Shown here: in pieces, positions 63,177-64,000 of the stretch
Numbering within the stretch: position 1 is the stretch's first letter
How the letters are laid out: each line of letters opens with the position of its first letter
Origin: Bacteroidota bacterium
Lineage (GTDB): Bacteria > Bacteroidota > Bacteroidia > Chitinophagales > LD1
NCBI GenBank assembly: GCA_016715625.1
Contig: JADJZU010000012.1
Coordinates: forward strand, 20,287-84,286
Reading direction: 5' to 3'
DNA length: 64,000 nt
The notes under the pieces: generated by a model
What the model was told of the DNA's origin: nothing
What the model saw: the letters and a program-made list of their open reading frames with translations, nothing else
The model's database searches: none
Position numbers and translations under genes: made by a program

Positions 63177-64000
63177 TTTTTCCAGTATCAAAAACCGGAT
63201 ACTATCCAGTTGAAATTTGAATCGCCTGAACAGGCTTTTGCCCTCCAGTTCCACTAGTTGGTGCGTCCGGAAGCTTGGATTGAGCATCCACTTCAACATA
63301 CGCTTTGGCCAGGGCAATTGACTATAGGGAAACTTCTCCAGTACTAACAAGTGTTTAATGGCCGGGTAAATATCCCGTTCGTAGCTGGTGCGGTTGTGTT
63401 GATAGTATTCGGGATTCAGCGGTGGCATCACTTCTTTCCCCCTATGGAAAGTAAGGTGTAAATCATCTATCAACTTAAGGTTTTGAGCGAATGCTATGAA
63501 GTTGTGAACCATGGCCACCTCACTAAAGGACACGCCCAAACAGATGTTAGTTAAAATGAATCGGGGAAACAACTCCCGTTTGAATACAAAACAATCGAAG
63601 CCCGGGTGTGGGCTACCCATATCGGCATACATTAAAGGGAGTTGCTCCGGGCTTGTATATTTTTCGCTTAGGCCCCTGCGGTTTACCAGCAGCGCATCGT
63701 GTTGGCCGGAGCTAATGACCTGAGCGATGGCTTTGTAAAAACCAGGCATCAGTGCGATATCCATGTTCGTATAAATCAGATAATCTGCCGGGTCTGCATC
63801 ATATACGGCCTTTAATACATCGCCCAGAAGGGGATATTTTTTGTTTCCTGTAAATTTACCTACATCCTGTACGGAACGATGCAGATAAGGCAGCATGGTG
63901 AAATATTCAGGAATCATAGCCCGGTCTTCCGGATAGCCAACTGCATACAATGCCACTTCGGGCTCGTTCTCCGCAAAATTCCTGGCTACGCGTATGCTTT
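63168..64000 (-). CDS. hypothetical protein, possibly GT-A-like glycosyltransferase; 5' end beyond the window
   Basis: The track start at 63956 is a GTG, and the frame stays open to base 64000 (…SIRVARNFAENEPEVALYAVGYPED…). YLIYTNMDIAL is a weak DxD-like segment. It overlaps the pckA stop by 9 nt, convergently. Confidence 0.45.
   Translation of the reverse strand, partial: SIRVARNFAENEPEVALYAVGYPEDRAMIPEYFTMLPYLHRSVQDVGKFTGNKKYPLLGDVLKAVYDADPADYLIYTNMDIALMPGFYKAIAQVISSGQHDALLVNRRGLSEKYTSPEQLPLMYADMGSPHPGFDCFVFKRELFPRFILTNICLGVSFSEVAMVHNFIAFAQNLKLIDDLHLTFHRGKEVMPPLNPEYYQHNRTSYERDIYPAIKHLLVLEKFPYSQLPWPKRMLKWMLNPSFRTHQLVELEGKSLFRRFKFQLDSIRFLILEKLR

Noticed and set aside
1-64000. Search for tRNA, rRNA, transposase, integrase, toxin-antitoxin or known defence-system genes
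   Set aside because: No cloverleaf-like sequences, no DDE/tyrosine-recombinase motifs and no defence signatures were seen in any ORF translation. I found no support for a mobile island or defence island in this window.

Overview
This is a chromosomal segment from a Bacteroidota-type genome. The assignment rests on three Type IX secretion (T9SS) cargo genes, a PorP/SprF gene, a GxxExxY protein, a DUF3127 protein and a TAnnTTTG-type promoter. GC content looks mid-40s% by eye.

Contents:
- Housekeeping genes: ssb, pdxH, lptB, psd, cdsA, gyrA, pckA.
- A ~10 kb minus-strand cluster (4279-14722) plus a divergent aldehyde dehydrogenase. It reads as a gamma-glutamylation (Puu-like) amine or amino-alcohol catabolic pathway. 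An AttH-like::polyprenyl-synthase fusion, a methyltransferase and a GxxExxY cassette sit inside it.
- T9SS cargo genes: an M43 metalloprotease, and a cutinase/dienelactone-hydrolase-like esterase with PKD-like repeats.
- A dominant ~24.9 kb locus (36332-61191, minus strand). Its three consecutive ORFs read as one ~8,280-aa repeat adhesin with a type B T9SS C-terminal domain (CTD). A PorP/SprF gene and an OmpA-family gene follow it.

The window holds six frameshifts and one in-frame TAA inside otherwise well-conserved genes. Each frameshift interval contains a short homopolymer, so assembly error is at least as likely as real pseudogenisation.

I saw no rRNA, tRNA, CRISPR array, transposase or integrase, and no recognisable defence system. 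The most unusual items are the giant adhesin, the AttH::polyprenyl-synthase fusion, the repeat-flanked GxxExxY cassette and the tail-less SSB next to a DUF3127 protein that carries an SSB-type tip.

All calls come from reading the sequence and translations by hand. No database search was run.
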